Assembly: GCA_937898095.1 (NCBI GenBank)
Contig: CALDKR010000196.1
Span: 1 to 33,158 of the forward strand
Source of the DNA: an uncultured Rhodoluna sp.
GTDB lineage: Bacteria; Actinomycetota; Actinomycetes; Actinomycetales; Microbacteriaceae
Direction: 5' to 3'
Length of the DNA: 33,158 nt
Position numbers and translations under genes: made by a program. Of this stretch, positions 19,501 through 31,500 are shown piece by piece. The notes under the pieces are model-generated. The model ran no database searches. It had not been told where the DNA came from and saw only the letters and a list, made by a program, of their open reading frames with translations. Numbering within the stretch: the first letter of the stretch is position 1; each line of letters starts with the position of its first letter.

Positions 19501-22500
19501 GGCCGGTGACTGTGTTGCCCTGGGCATCTTGAACAGTGATCTTTGGCTGGGTGCCCGCGGCGATGCCAGAGCGAGCGGCATCGATTGAGCGAGTGATCTC
19601 GAGTTTGTTGGCTAGACCGTGTGACAGCGTGAACAGACTGCTGTCGACGGTGGTGCCGTTGATTGGGTCGCTCGAGTTGGTGGTCGAAGCAGTGAAGCGA
19701 ATCTTGTAGTCACCGATCGGTGCAGCCAAAGACATGCCCGACCAAGCCATTTGCTCCGAACCGTTGATGCTGGTGGTTCCGGTGGTGAGGGTTGCGTTAG
19801 CAGGCGAGCCAACAAGTGCAGCGGTGATGGTTGCACCGCCTGCGCTTGGCAAGACGTTGCCAACTGCGTCGCGAACCTCGATGACCGGCTGGCTAGCAAA
19901 TGCCTGGCCGCTTGAAGGTGTTCCAGGTGCCCAGGTTAGGTGCATCGATGCCGGGGCACCCGCATTGATGGTCAGCAGTGAGGTGACGACGTCTGAGGTC
20001 GAGTCAAGCGTGAACTTGATTCGATAGTTCGAGCCCGGAGTCTCAGTGAAGGTCATGTTGCTAAAGGTGACCACACCGTTCACGGCCTGCTGTGAATAGC
20101 TGGTGGTTCCATAATTGGCCCAGTTGCCATTGCCGTCGCGCTTCTGCAGAACCGCGGTCACAGTTGAGGTTGAGCTGGAAAGGTCATACAAGTTGTTAGA
20201 AGCGTCGAAGACCTTGAGCTTGAAGTCAGCGAGCGCCTGTGCGGTGACCACTGTGGTTTGTGGGCTGCTGGTGAACATCGCAATGGTGGCTGGCGCACCG
20301 ACTGTGAGCGCTAGGTTCTGGTCGACTGTTAGGCCAGCCGCGCTGAAGCGCAGGGTGTAGCTGCCGACCTTGCCGGTTAGTTTGAGCTCGTTGCCGGTTG
20401 CACTGAAATCAGCTGCGCCAGTGGTTAGCGAGAGCGCGTTGTTGGTGGTGGTTTGACCCGCGGTCACGCTTGGGCCAGCCAAAGTGACATCGGCGCTGTT
20501 GGCCGAAATCACGGTGACTTCAGCGTTGCCGGTTGCGGTGGTGACCGTGTTGGCATCAATGTCTTCGACAGTCACGACTGGCTGCGTGGTGAAGTTCGCA
20601 CCATTAACCGCACCGGCTGCCTGAGTTAGGTTCAAGTGGTGCGCAGTGCCGGCGGTTAGAGCCAACGAGCTGGTGGTTGCAGTGCCGGTTGCCGCAGCAA
20701 GTGCGGTGCTGCCAACCTTGACCGAATAGCTCAAGACATAGTTGCCGACCTTGCCGCGCAACTTGAGGTTGGTGAATTCGACCTCACCGTTGGTTTCGGT
20801 CTTGGTCTCGCCGGTTAGTGAGGTTAGGGCTCCGGTCTCGCCCTGGCCAGTGCGCACGCTAGCGCTAACAGTCACGGTCACTTCACCAGTGGTGGTCACC
20901 TGGTTTCCGGCGTCGTCAGTGATCTTGAACTTCAAATAACCAGTGCCAGCGGTGTCGCGAATTGCGGCGTTGTTCTGAGCACTCGATGCCGCCGCATTCA
21001 CAATCTCAAACTTGGTCGGTGCGCCCGCGGTGATGCTGAAGGCTGAACTGCTAATCGCAGTCGAGCTAACCGATGTTGTTCCGCCGAGGCCATCGTCAAT
21101 CGAGGTGAGTTTAAACTGCAACCTGTATCCACCGCTTAGCGCTTCGGCCGAATAGGTTAGGCCAGCAAATGTCGCAACGCCGTTTGCCGCACTGACCTCA
21201 GGACTCTCGGTTCCGGCATTGCCATTCTTGACTAGCGCGACCGTCACATTTGCAGTGCTGTCGTCAGTGATCCAGTTATCGGCCGAGTCAAGAATCTTGA
21301 CCTTTGGCGCTGTGGTCATCGCAAAGCCCGAGCGAACAGTCGACTGAACGTCGGTTGCAAGCGCTAGCTTGGCTGGGGCACCAGGGGTCAAAGTCAATTC
21401 GTGAGTCGCGCCAGTCGCGGTGATTCCGCTTGCTGCCAAGCTGATTGTGTATGGCGTGGCCGCAGTGCCCGCAGCGGTTAGCGCGGTAAAGGTAGCGGTT
21501 CCGTCAGATGCGATGTCGATCGGGCCAGCATTTGCCAGGGTTGCACCAGTTGCGGTTGCTGAAATAGTTCGAGTTGCCGCTGCATCGGCAACGCCATCGC
21601 CGTTGAAGTCACCATCGTTGATTGGGTTCTCGAATGCATCGCGAACCTCAACCTTTATTGGAGTCGCCAAAGTGCCAGCCGACTTTGCCGTGGCTGAGCC
21701 GGCAATCACGGTTAGGTGGTCGGCGGCAGCGTGCTTCACCTGAAGCGCGGCCGAGGTAACACTCACACCTGGGTTGCTCGCCGTGGCAGTTGAGAACTTG
21801 ATGGTGTAGTCGACACCGGGCGTTCCCTTTAGCTTGAGGCCACTGAACTTGACGAAGCCCTTGACTGCGGTTGCGGTTGCGGTTCCGGTGATTGCACCGT
21901 TGGCACCTGAATAAACGGTTGCCCTGACCACGGTTGAGCTGTCGCTGACACAGATGTTTCCGTTTGCGTCTTTTAGAACCAAACGAGGCTGGCGAGCGAG
22001 ATCAGCGTTGGTGATGCTGCCGCCCTGAGGCTCGCCGGCGAGGGTGTAACCGGTGTACTCCTGTGAAGCGACACACTCGACATTTGGAGCACAGCTATTG
22101 AAGAACATGCTGCTTGGAAGCGACGTGGTCCAATCAGCTTGAGAACCGCCCTTCCACTCGAACTTGAGCAGGTCTCCTCCGGCGGCCTCACCGAACATGA
22201 GTCGAATCGGAACTGTGTCACCTGCGTTGGCAAACCCGAAAGCAAATTCACCCGGAGTTGCGGGGTTTGAGTAGGTATCGTACGCGCGAGCATTAGAAAT
22301 GCTCATGTTTGAAGTCGCCGTATAAGGGTCAGGGTTTCCGAGAGCAGAATCACCCATCCAGATGTATGACTCATCGTCTGAGGTAATTCTGAAGTAGTAG
22401 GTTTCTGCAGTTGGTGCCTTGAAATATCCAGTGAACTGCGTCATGTACCAGTCAATACCCAGTGAATAGTTGATTGCACTGTAGTTATACATCGAGTAGT

Positions 22501-25500
22501 GAGTAGACCCGTTCGCTACATACTCGCGATCCATGTAGTTGACATCGTTATTTGGACCGTTAACAGTATTTGTTCCGAAGTATCCAGTGGATGAGTTTCC
22601 TCGAAGAACCATTTCGCGCAAACCTGGATAAACCTGATCTGCAGGCGCGAAGCTGATGTTTGCCACTGCACCGTGACGCAAGCTGAATGGCGATGAGTCC
22701 ACCGAGGTGTATCCGGCGCTAGTGAAGCGCAAGGTGTGGTTGATTGAAGCCTTGCCACTGAAGGTAAGGGCGTCAAACGCTGCAACACCGTTCGCGATCG
22801 AGACCGAAGTTGTTCCGCCGACTGAGTCGCCAGATTGAACGCTCGCAACCGCGATGGTTCCGGTGTTAACCGAGGTCACAATGTTGCCATCGACGTCAGC
22901 AACGGCAACCTTTGGTCGGCTAGCTGCTGGCATTGTTGAACCGCTCGCAAAGCCACCACCCGGCTGGTTGACCATAGTCAACTTGACTGGAGCACCTGCA
23001 GTCAGGGCTACTGACTGCGTCAAAGTGACTGTCGAAGTCAAAATTGGCGAGCCAACCTTGTAGGTAATTGTGTATGGGCTGCCACTCACCGCACCTGAAA
23101 TCTTCAGCGCTGAAACCGTAAAGGCACCGTTAGCCAAAGTGTTCTTGGTCGGGGTTGCCAAGGTTGCATCGCCAGAGAGTGAAATGTCGGTGATCGCGGT
23201 CGCTGCAGTGCCCGTGGTGCTGGTGCCATAGTCGTGAGCCCAGGCATTGCCGAAGGCGTCGCGAATTTCAATCACAGTGTTGCCCATGGTCACGCTCGAC
23301 TGAGCCGATGTGGCCTTGCTGGTGATCACTGCAGTGGTGGCAACACCGCTGGTCACATTGATTGCCTGAGTCAAATCGCTCAAGCCACTGGTGCTAAAGC
23401 TCAAGGTATATGCCGCGGCGGTCACACCAGCCTTGAATGAACCGAAGCTCGCAACACCGTTGACCACATTGACCGAAGTGCCAGTGACGCCGCTGGTCAC
23501 TGCCGCGCTGCTGCTGTCAATCAAGCTAGCTGCGATGGTCGCTGTTGAGTCGAGCACGGTGTTGCCGTCGGCGTCGACCACCTTAACGCTTGGCACTGAA
23601 TCGGTGGCGGCTGTCTTTGAGACATAGGTTGCATAGCTCACACCAGCGCTGACATCGACCGGCGCGTTGACGAATGCCAGCCCAGCAGCCAAACCGCTAA
23701 TTACATCAAACTGCGCAGTGTTGGCAGCGACCAGAGCGTTGCCACCAACCGAAGCTGAATATTCGATGGTGAATCCAGAGCCGACTGCGGTGTGGAACTT
23801 GGCTGAACTGAAGGTTGCAACGCCTGAGTTTGCCGCCGCGGTTGCGGTTTGAGTCAACTGAGTGACACCGTTGCCTGCATAAGGCCCGGCATAGGCACTG
23901 CCGTTTTGCTTGAGGCTAGCGGTCACTGTGATTGCACTGTGATCGGTTACCACGTTGCCATCGAAGTCAACAATTTGAACTGTCGGCGCGGTGTCAAATG
24001 TGCTGTTGGTGCGCACAGTGCCCGGCTGCACACCAACGCGCAACTGGTATGGATCGCCGGCGGTCAACGCCAAGCCCGATTGGGTCACCGAAAGCGTAGT
24101 TCCGTTGAACACTGCTGAATAGGTCACGTTGTAGGTGCCCGCGGTGCCTGAGATTCCGAGGGCTGGAGCACCTGCAGCACCAAAGTCAGCCGTGCCTGCG
24201 GTTGTGGTCAAGGCGCTGGCAGCCAAAGTTGAGCTAGCGCTGGTGGTCATGGTCACATCGGCGACCGAGCCGGTGCCGCTGGCAATGCGGTTGCCATCAA
24301 TGTCTTGAATCTCAAGCACCGGCTGAGTGGTGAATGCCTTGCCTGAGCGCGCGCCGGCTGCAGGGGTCACGATTGCAAGCTTGTTATAGGCACCGAAGGT
24401 TTGAGTGAACGAACCTGATTCGGCAGTCGCGGCAACCGTGACGGTTGAGCTGTCAGAAGTTTTGGTCAAAGTCAAGGTCGCGGTGCTGGCCTTCAACTTA
24501 TAGGTGCGAGCCAAGCCACCAACGGTCAAGCCGTCGAAGGTGAACTTACCGTTTGCCATCGACTTGGTCTGGTTCGCCAAGTAGGTGTTGCTCAAATCGG
24601 TTGTGACGGTTGCTGATCCGGTATAGCCCGAGGTGATTGCGTTTTCATACTGGTCACGCAACTGAAGCACAGGAGCAACTGACATCGGAACGCGGTTGAC
24701 GCCCGAGGTTGCAGGGCTGACCGACCAGTTGACGTGGTGTGGTGCAGCCGGTGAAACTGTAAAGGCGTTCGAGAAGACACTGATTGCACCGGTTGACAAA
24801 GTTGCCGAGAACTTGATTTTGGCAGTGCCCGCGGTGGTGAAGTTCAAGCCGGTGAATGTTGCAACACCAGTCGTGGCATTGGTGTTCACGGTAGTCTTTG
24901 CACTCTCGCCGGCGATTGCGGCGTTAGAGGCTGCATCGACCAGGGTCGGGGTCACTGCCTCAGCCTGTGCGACCGGGTTGCTCCAGTTGTCAGTCAAAGT
25001 TGCGGTCACGGTGCTTGCGAACGCAGCACCGGCAACAACATCGGCTGGCTGTTGGCTGACCAATAGCTTGCTGGCGTCACCGGCGGTGATCGCAATCGAA
25101 GTCTGAGTTGTGCTGATAGTTGCATTGCTAACCAAGGTGAACTTGGCTGAATAGCTGCTGCCGACCGCAGCTGCCAAACCAACATTTGTGAAGGTTGCAG
25201 TGCCCGAAGATGCACTAACTGTCGCTGTTCCTACAACCTCAGCATTGGTCGAGGTCATTTGAATCTGTGCGCCAGCGGCGGCAACTGCGTTGCCATCGGC
25301 GTCTTCAACACGCACAACCGGCTGGGTGCCAAAGGCTTTGCCAGCCTTAGCGGTTGCTGCATCAGTTGTGCGACGAAGGTGGTCAACATCGCCCGCGGTC
25401 AGCGTGAACTGGCTCGACAAACCAGTGGTGTCGATAGTCGCGCCACCCGAAACAGTGATGCTGTCAATAGCCAACTTGTATGTTCCGACGGTGGCACCGA

Positions 25501-28500
25501 GGCGCAAATCACTAAACGCGAACTGACCATTATTTGATGCCAGCGCCGGGAAGGTCACCGTCTTGCCGGCTAGGTAATCACCCGCGGTTGAACCGCTGAT
25601 AACAGTGCTGTCCGACTGACGAATTGCCTTCAGTGTGACGCTAGAAATAGAGGTGTCGTTGGTGACCAGGTTGTCGTATTGGTCGAGCACCTGAACCGTT
25701 GGGGTCTGCCCGAATGCCTTTCGGTCGGCAACGCTCAAGCTGTTGAAAGGCTTGAATGCGAGCTTAGAAACGGCAGCCGGGGTGATGTTGAACGCGGTTG
25801 AAACGCCGTCATCAAGCGTGATTGGAGTGGTGTTTGAAGTGCCGATTTCGGTTGCGGTGCCAACAAACTTCAAACGGTATGAACCGGTCTTGGTGAAGCC
25901 TGGGTTTAGCCAGCTAATGGCTCCGTTGTCGTTGGTAACCGCAGCCTTTGAAGTGTCTTCGGCACCGGTCACAGTGTCGACCAAAACCGGCTTCACGCTG
26001 CCGCGATAGACACCGTCGCTCACGCGGTTTCCGTCGGCATCCTGAATTTCAATTGCCACGGCAGATGCAAAGTCAGCGCCAGCAACAACGTCGGCCGGCT
26101 GTGTTTTGACCACAATCTGCTTGGCAACACCGGCGAACAGCTGGATAGTCTGCGTTGCCGGAGCAACCTGTGGCTGGTTGATGATCTTGTAGGTCAGGGT
26201 GACCGAGCCGGTTGCGCCCGAGAGCTTCATGCTCTTGGTGTAGCCAACGCCACAGTTGATGTTGCTTTGTGATTCACTGAAGTCAGCTGCACCGTTTGTA
26301 ATGTCACAGTTGACCGATCCGCTCAAAGTCGCGCCAGCTGCGGTCACTTGAATTTGACCGGTGCTGATGTCTGAAACAACGTTGTTGGCTTTGTCGCGAA
26401 TAATCACGCGAGGCAGGGTTTCGAAGACCAAGCCCGAGCGAGCACCTGCGGCACGAACTCCACCCGAAACATCTAGATGATCAGCCGCACCGAAAGTTAG
26501 GTCGATCCGGGTCGAAGGCACGGTTGTGCTCGCAATAACCTCACCCTGAGTTGGTGCGGCGGTGCGAGGTGCCACAAGGCCCGCAGCCATAAAGCTCTTT
26601 GAGCCACCGCGAACGGCCGGCGCACCTGAAAGCGCGTTAGTCAGAGTTGTGGTGTCGACGAATAACTCGTATGAACCGATCTGCGCCTGAAGCACGATGT
26701 TGCTGAAAGTGACCACGCCGTTGACGGTCGATTCGCAAGCGCCAACAATTGGAGTCACGATTGTGCCGGTATTGACCGAGTCGACCTTCTTGGCCTTTAG
26801 GCAAACCTGCCAAGTTTGGTTTGTAACTCGGTTGCCGAATTGATCAGAAAGAGCAAGCACGGGGTCTACGCCCAATGCGGTGCCGGCTGCGACTTCAGTT
26901 GTAATGCGGGCACCTGGGTCAACTACCCATACAAGTCGGTCAGCTGCGGCCGCTGAAATTGTGAAGTCATTCGACTCCGCGGCAGAGAGCGACCCTGAAC
27001 TGAACTTGATCTTGCGCAAACCTGCTTTGTCAAATGTTAAACCGGTGAAGGTTGCCACGCCGTTGACTGCAGCAACGTCGGCCTTGGTCTGAAGCACAGC
27101 ATTGGTCGACGAACTCAAAAGCGCAGGCGTGATTGAGTCGGTGGCGTCTTCAACCAGGTTGTTCCACTGGTCGAGCACGCGAACCTTGATGGTCTTGGTC
27201 GAGTCGCTATTGTCGAAAGCGACGCCTGCAACGATGTCAGTTGGCTGAACATTGATTGAAAGCTTCGCTGCAGCACCGCCCTTGACAGTCAAGCCGGTCT
27301 GCTGAACCGAGGTGCTGGTGCCAACGATTGAATAGGTCAGTGCATAGTTGCCGCCAACAGCCTCAAGGCCCAAACCAGCGCCGCTGAAGTTAGCCACACC
27401 GGCAACGGCCGCCTTGCTCACGGTGTTGTTTGCGCCAAACAAGATTGGCGAGTTGCTGCCCGAGACTTCAACCTTGATGGTCGCAGTGCTGTTCGCAACG
27501 GTGTTGCCATCGGCGTCTTGAATCAAGATGACTGGCTGGCGAGTGAATGCCATGCCGGCGCGAGCGGTGTCGGCCGCAGCAACATATCCAGGCTGGCCCA
27601 AGGTGCCAACGGCCGCTGTTCCGGCTTTAGTGTCAACAGCCAACTTGTTAACAGCACCATAGGTGATGTCGAAAGTCGCAGAGTCGGCTGGCTTTTGAAT
27701 TGTCAGCGAGGTGTTGCTGTTTGTCACGGTGGCAACGCGCAACTTGTATGTTCCCGCCGGCGCACCAACCTTAAGGTTGCTAAAGGTGATTAGACCACCT
27801 GATGACGACTCGGTGTTGCCTGAAATCCAAATGGTTCCGGCGAAGTTCGGGTTGGTAGAAACCGCTTCTAGAGTCGCGGTGGTCGTAGTCGTGCCAACCA
27901 CTGAGTTGCCATTTGCGTCTTGCACCGCAAGCACTGGAACACGACCGAATGAACCACGAGATGCAATCGCTACCTCTGGTGTTTGACCCGAGCCAGGCTG
28001 GGTTGACCAAGCGACCTTGGCGGGGTCTGCTGGTGCAACCACGAAGGTGTTTGAAAGCACAGTTGAAACTGTCGGTGCACCCTGTGATGAGTTGACATAG
28101 GTGAACTTGAGGCGATAGGTGCCGGCATTGTCATAGGTCAAACCACTGATTGTTGCGGTTCCGCTGTTGGCGGTGACCGAGGTGTTCACGGCCCCGGCAG
28201 CACTAACCACTGAGCTGGTTGCAGGGTCAGAAAGTTCGGTCTTGATCGAACTGGTTTCGCTCAAAACTGGGTTGCCATACGCGTCTTGAATTGCAACCTG
28301 CACGCTCGCCATTGGGTCGCGCGCAATCACATTTGCCGGTTGAGTCTTGACGATTAGGCGGTCAGAAACACCGGCCGAAAGGGTCGCAGTCTGGGTTGCA
28401 AAATAGTCAACGCCGCCAACTGTGGCCTTGTAGCTAATCGTGACCGAACCGGCACGACCGCTCAATGTGAGGTTATTGGTCAGATAATCTGCGCGGCCGT

Positions 28501-31500
28501 TGGTGATTGTCTCGTTTGGAGTGTTGCTGACCGACGCAGTTAGCGTGTAGGCGCTCGAAACGGTTGCCGCAACGGTTCCGCTGGCATCCCAAACTCGGTT
28601 TCCGTCGATGTCTTTAATTAGTAGCGCGACCTGTTCACTGCTCGTGAATGGAACGCCTGCACGTGCAGTCAAAGTTGCCGCCGATGGGCTCAGCTCATAG
28701 GCAGCACCATAAGTGACCTCGAAGTTGCTGCTGTATCCAGGTGCGGTGAGTGACGCGTTGGTTGCACTCGCGGTTAGGCGATAGCCAGCCTTTGCAACAG
28801 CACCAATCTTGAGTTGATCGAAAGTGATCAAGCCACCAATAGCTGTCGCCACTCGGCCGCTGCTGAACTTGACCTCGCCGCCAGATGGGGCAACAACCTG
28901 AAGGGTCACGCTGGTGCTTGAGTCGGCAGTCACGCGGTTGCCGTATTGGTCTTGAACCTCGAGCACTGCTGGCGTGCCAGGCAAAGCGCGAGAGGCAATG
29001 CTGGCTTGCGGCTGAGTTAGCCAAGCTAGCTTGGTGGCAACATCGGCAACGACTGAGAAAACGCTCGAGTTGATAACGCGCTCGGTCGAACCAAGGCTCG
29101 CGGCTGTGAATGCCAGGCGATAGTCACCGGCGGTGTTCCAGCTGATTGCTGTGAACTCTGCCACACCACTAGAGGTGCTGACCGCGGTCATGGTTGAGTT
29201 GGCAACTGCTGCCCCGGCAACAGTCTTCAGGCTAGGCACAATCGAAACTGCTTGGTCATCAACCAAGTTGTTCCACTCATCGCGAACCTCGACCTTGACC
29301 GATGGGCTGATTGCAACACCAGCCACAGTCGAGGATGCAGGCTGTCGGGTGATAACCATCTTGAATGGGTTTCCGTTGGCAAGGGCCAGACCGGTTTGGT
29401 TGCGAGTGATTGCAGTGGTCAGACTCTGTGAGCTGGCGTCGAGCAATTCAAACTTCAAGGTTGCTGTGCCTTCGGCGCCTGCGATTCCAACTCCGCTGCC
29501 AGCAAAGTCAGCAACACCGTTGACCACATCGACAACTGCGGTGCCAACCGTGGTGAATCCGGTGGCGGTCATGCGCACCTTGCCGGTGTAATCAAGTACT
29601 AGGCCGCCATCAACGTCGAGCACCTTGACCGCCGGTGCGGTGTCGAATGCGAGACCAGCCTTTGCGCCAGCGGCTGCGGTGCTGACATCGAGCGATGCGG
29701 CAACGCCGTTGGTTATGGTGAACGAGTTCGACTTCACTGAGCTTGGTGCAACGGTGAATCCGTTGCTGTTAGATGCGCTGCTGATGATCAACTTGTATGC
29801 ACCGGCCGGCGCGGTTGAAAGCGCACCCACCTTGACGTCAGTGAATGTGACCACACCGTTGACCGCAGTCTTGGTGTTGCCACTTATGAAGTTGACCTGG
29901 CCAACGCCAGTGGTTGCCGGCACGGCATCGACAGTCACCGATGTGGTGCTGTCGGTCACTGCCAAGTTGTCATACTGGTCGAGAATTTCAATCTTTGGCT
30001 GGCCAGCGAGTGCGGTTCGCGTGACGCCACCGGTGATGATGCTGTCGCTGGCCCAAACAGCCTTAGCTGGGCTGGCGGCTGAAATCGTGAATTCGGCCGA
30101 GGTGGTAGGCAACAAAATCGGGGTGGTTGCTGCGTCAACGAACTTGACCTTATAGGTGCCTGCCTTGGTGAAAGAAACGCTGGTGAAGCTGGCGACACCC
30201 TGCGAGCTGGTGACCGAGTTGGCTGGCTCCTGCACAGTTGCGCCCGTGGTCCTGTTGACCAAAACTGCCTTGATGCTCGAGGCTCCGGCAGCAACAGAGT
30301 TGCCCCAGCGGTCTTGAATTTCAGCCTTGATTGCTGGGCTGAATGCGGCACCGGCAACCAGAGCGGTTGGCTCTGCGATTGTCTTGAGCTGATATGCATC
30401 GCCTGCGGTTAGCGAAATCTGCGTCTTGGTCGCGGTGTAGGTCTGAGTGATTCCGCTGACGTCAACATTTAGCGAGAAATCGACGGTGTAGCTCTGACCA
30501 ACCAAGCCACCGAGGGCCAAGTTAGTGAAGGTTGCCACACCGTTGACTGCCTGCGCGGTTGCTCCCGCATAGATCTCGCCGTTGCTGCCGCGAACCGACG
30601 CTGTCACGGTTGCGTTGACATAGTCACCGCCTGAAACGGTGTTGCCACCGAGGTCTTTAAGGGTGACCACTGCCGGAGTGGTGAACGGCTTGCCGGCTTG
30701 GCCGGTGATTGCACCAGTGCCCCAGTCGAGCACGATGCTGCGTGGGTCTGGGCTAACGATGTTGTATTGACCGGTCACGCTGAATGTGTCGCCAGCTAGG
30801 GCCGGGGTGCCAGTTAGAGCAGCCGCAGTGAATCGCAAAGTTGTTGCGCCAAGACCCGAGGTCACCTTTGCAGCGTTGAATGTTGCCGATGCTCCGCTTG
30901 CTGTGACCTCTGTGGTTCCACCCAAGTTCACGCCGGTGCCACTCTCAACCGATGCGGTGATCTTGTATCCATTTGCAAGTGTGTTCTGAAGAGCCAGTGG
31001 GATTCCATAGAGGTCAACAATCTTGGCGATTGGGTTCGGAGAAATGTTGACGTTTTGATAGATCGTGGTTGCAACTGAGCTGGTTGGAACGTTGGTCAAG
31101 CCAACACCCGCTGCGGTGCCGAACTTTGGAGTCACGCCGTCGACAGTTGCCGGAGTGTAGGTAGTGCCAGTCTTTGCGGCATATGTAATTGCCGAAGTGC
31201 CCGCCTGGCTTGAGTCGAGCGCGAGATTAGTGACCTCGTTTGCCAGTGGCAGGTTGATGGTCGAGTCGGTGTCAATCGCAAGGTTAGTGACGGTTACCGG
31301 GGCGGTCTGAGTGACAGCGCCTGCAGTGAAAATGCGAAGTGTGTTGCGGCCCGTTGTTGCGCGGTTGAACGTGCCGCTGAAAGAAACCGGGCCTGCAGTT
31401 GCCGCTGCGCTTGAACCGATGCGAAGGTTAGCGGCCAATAGATAGGTGTTTGCTTGCTGATCAAGCGACAGATAACCAGCAGTCAGTGATCCGATTCGAA

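Noticed and set aside
11878-31120. Possible CRISPR array, diversity-generating retroelement repeat pair or invertible cassettes within the repetitive DNA
   Set aside because: The repetition is at the protein level and highly diverged. I saw no regularly spaced identical DNA repeats, no adenine-specific mismatch pair, and no RT, recombinase or cas gene.
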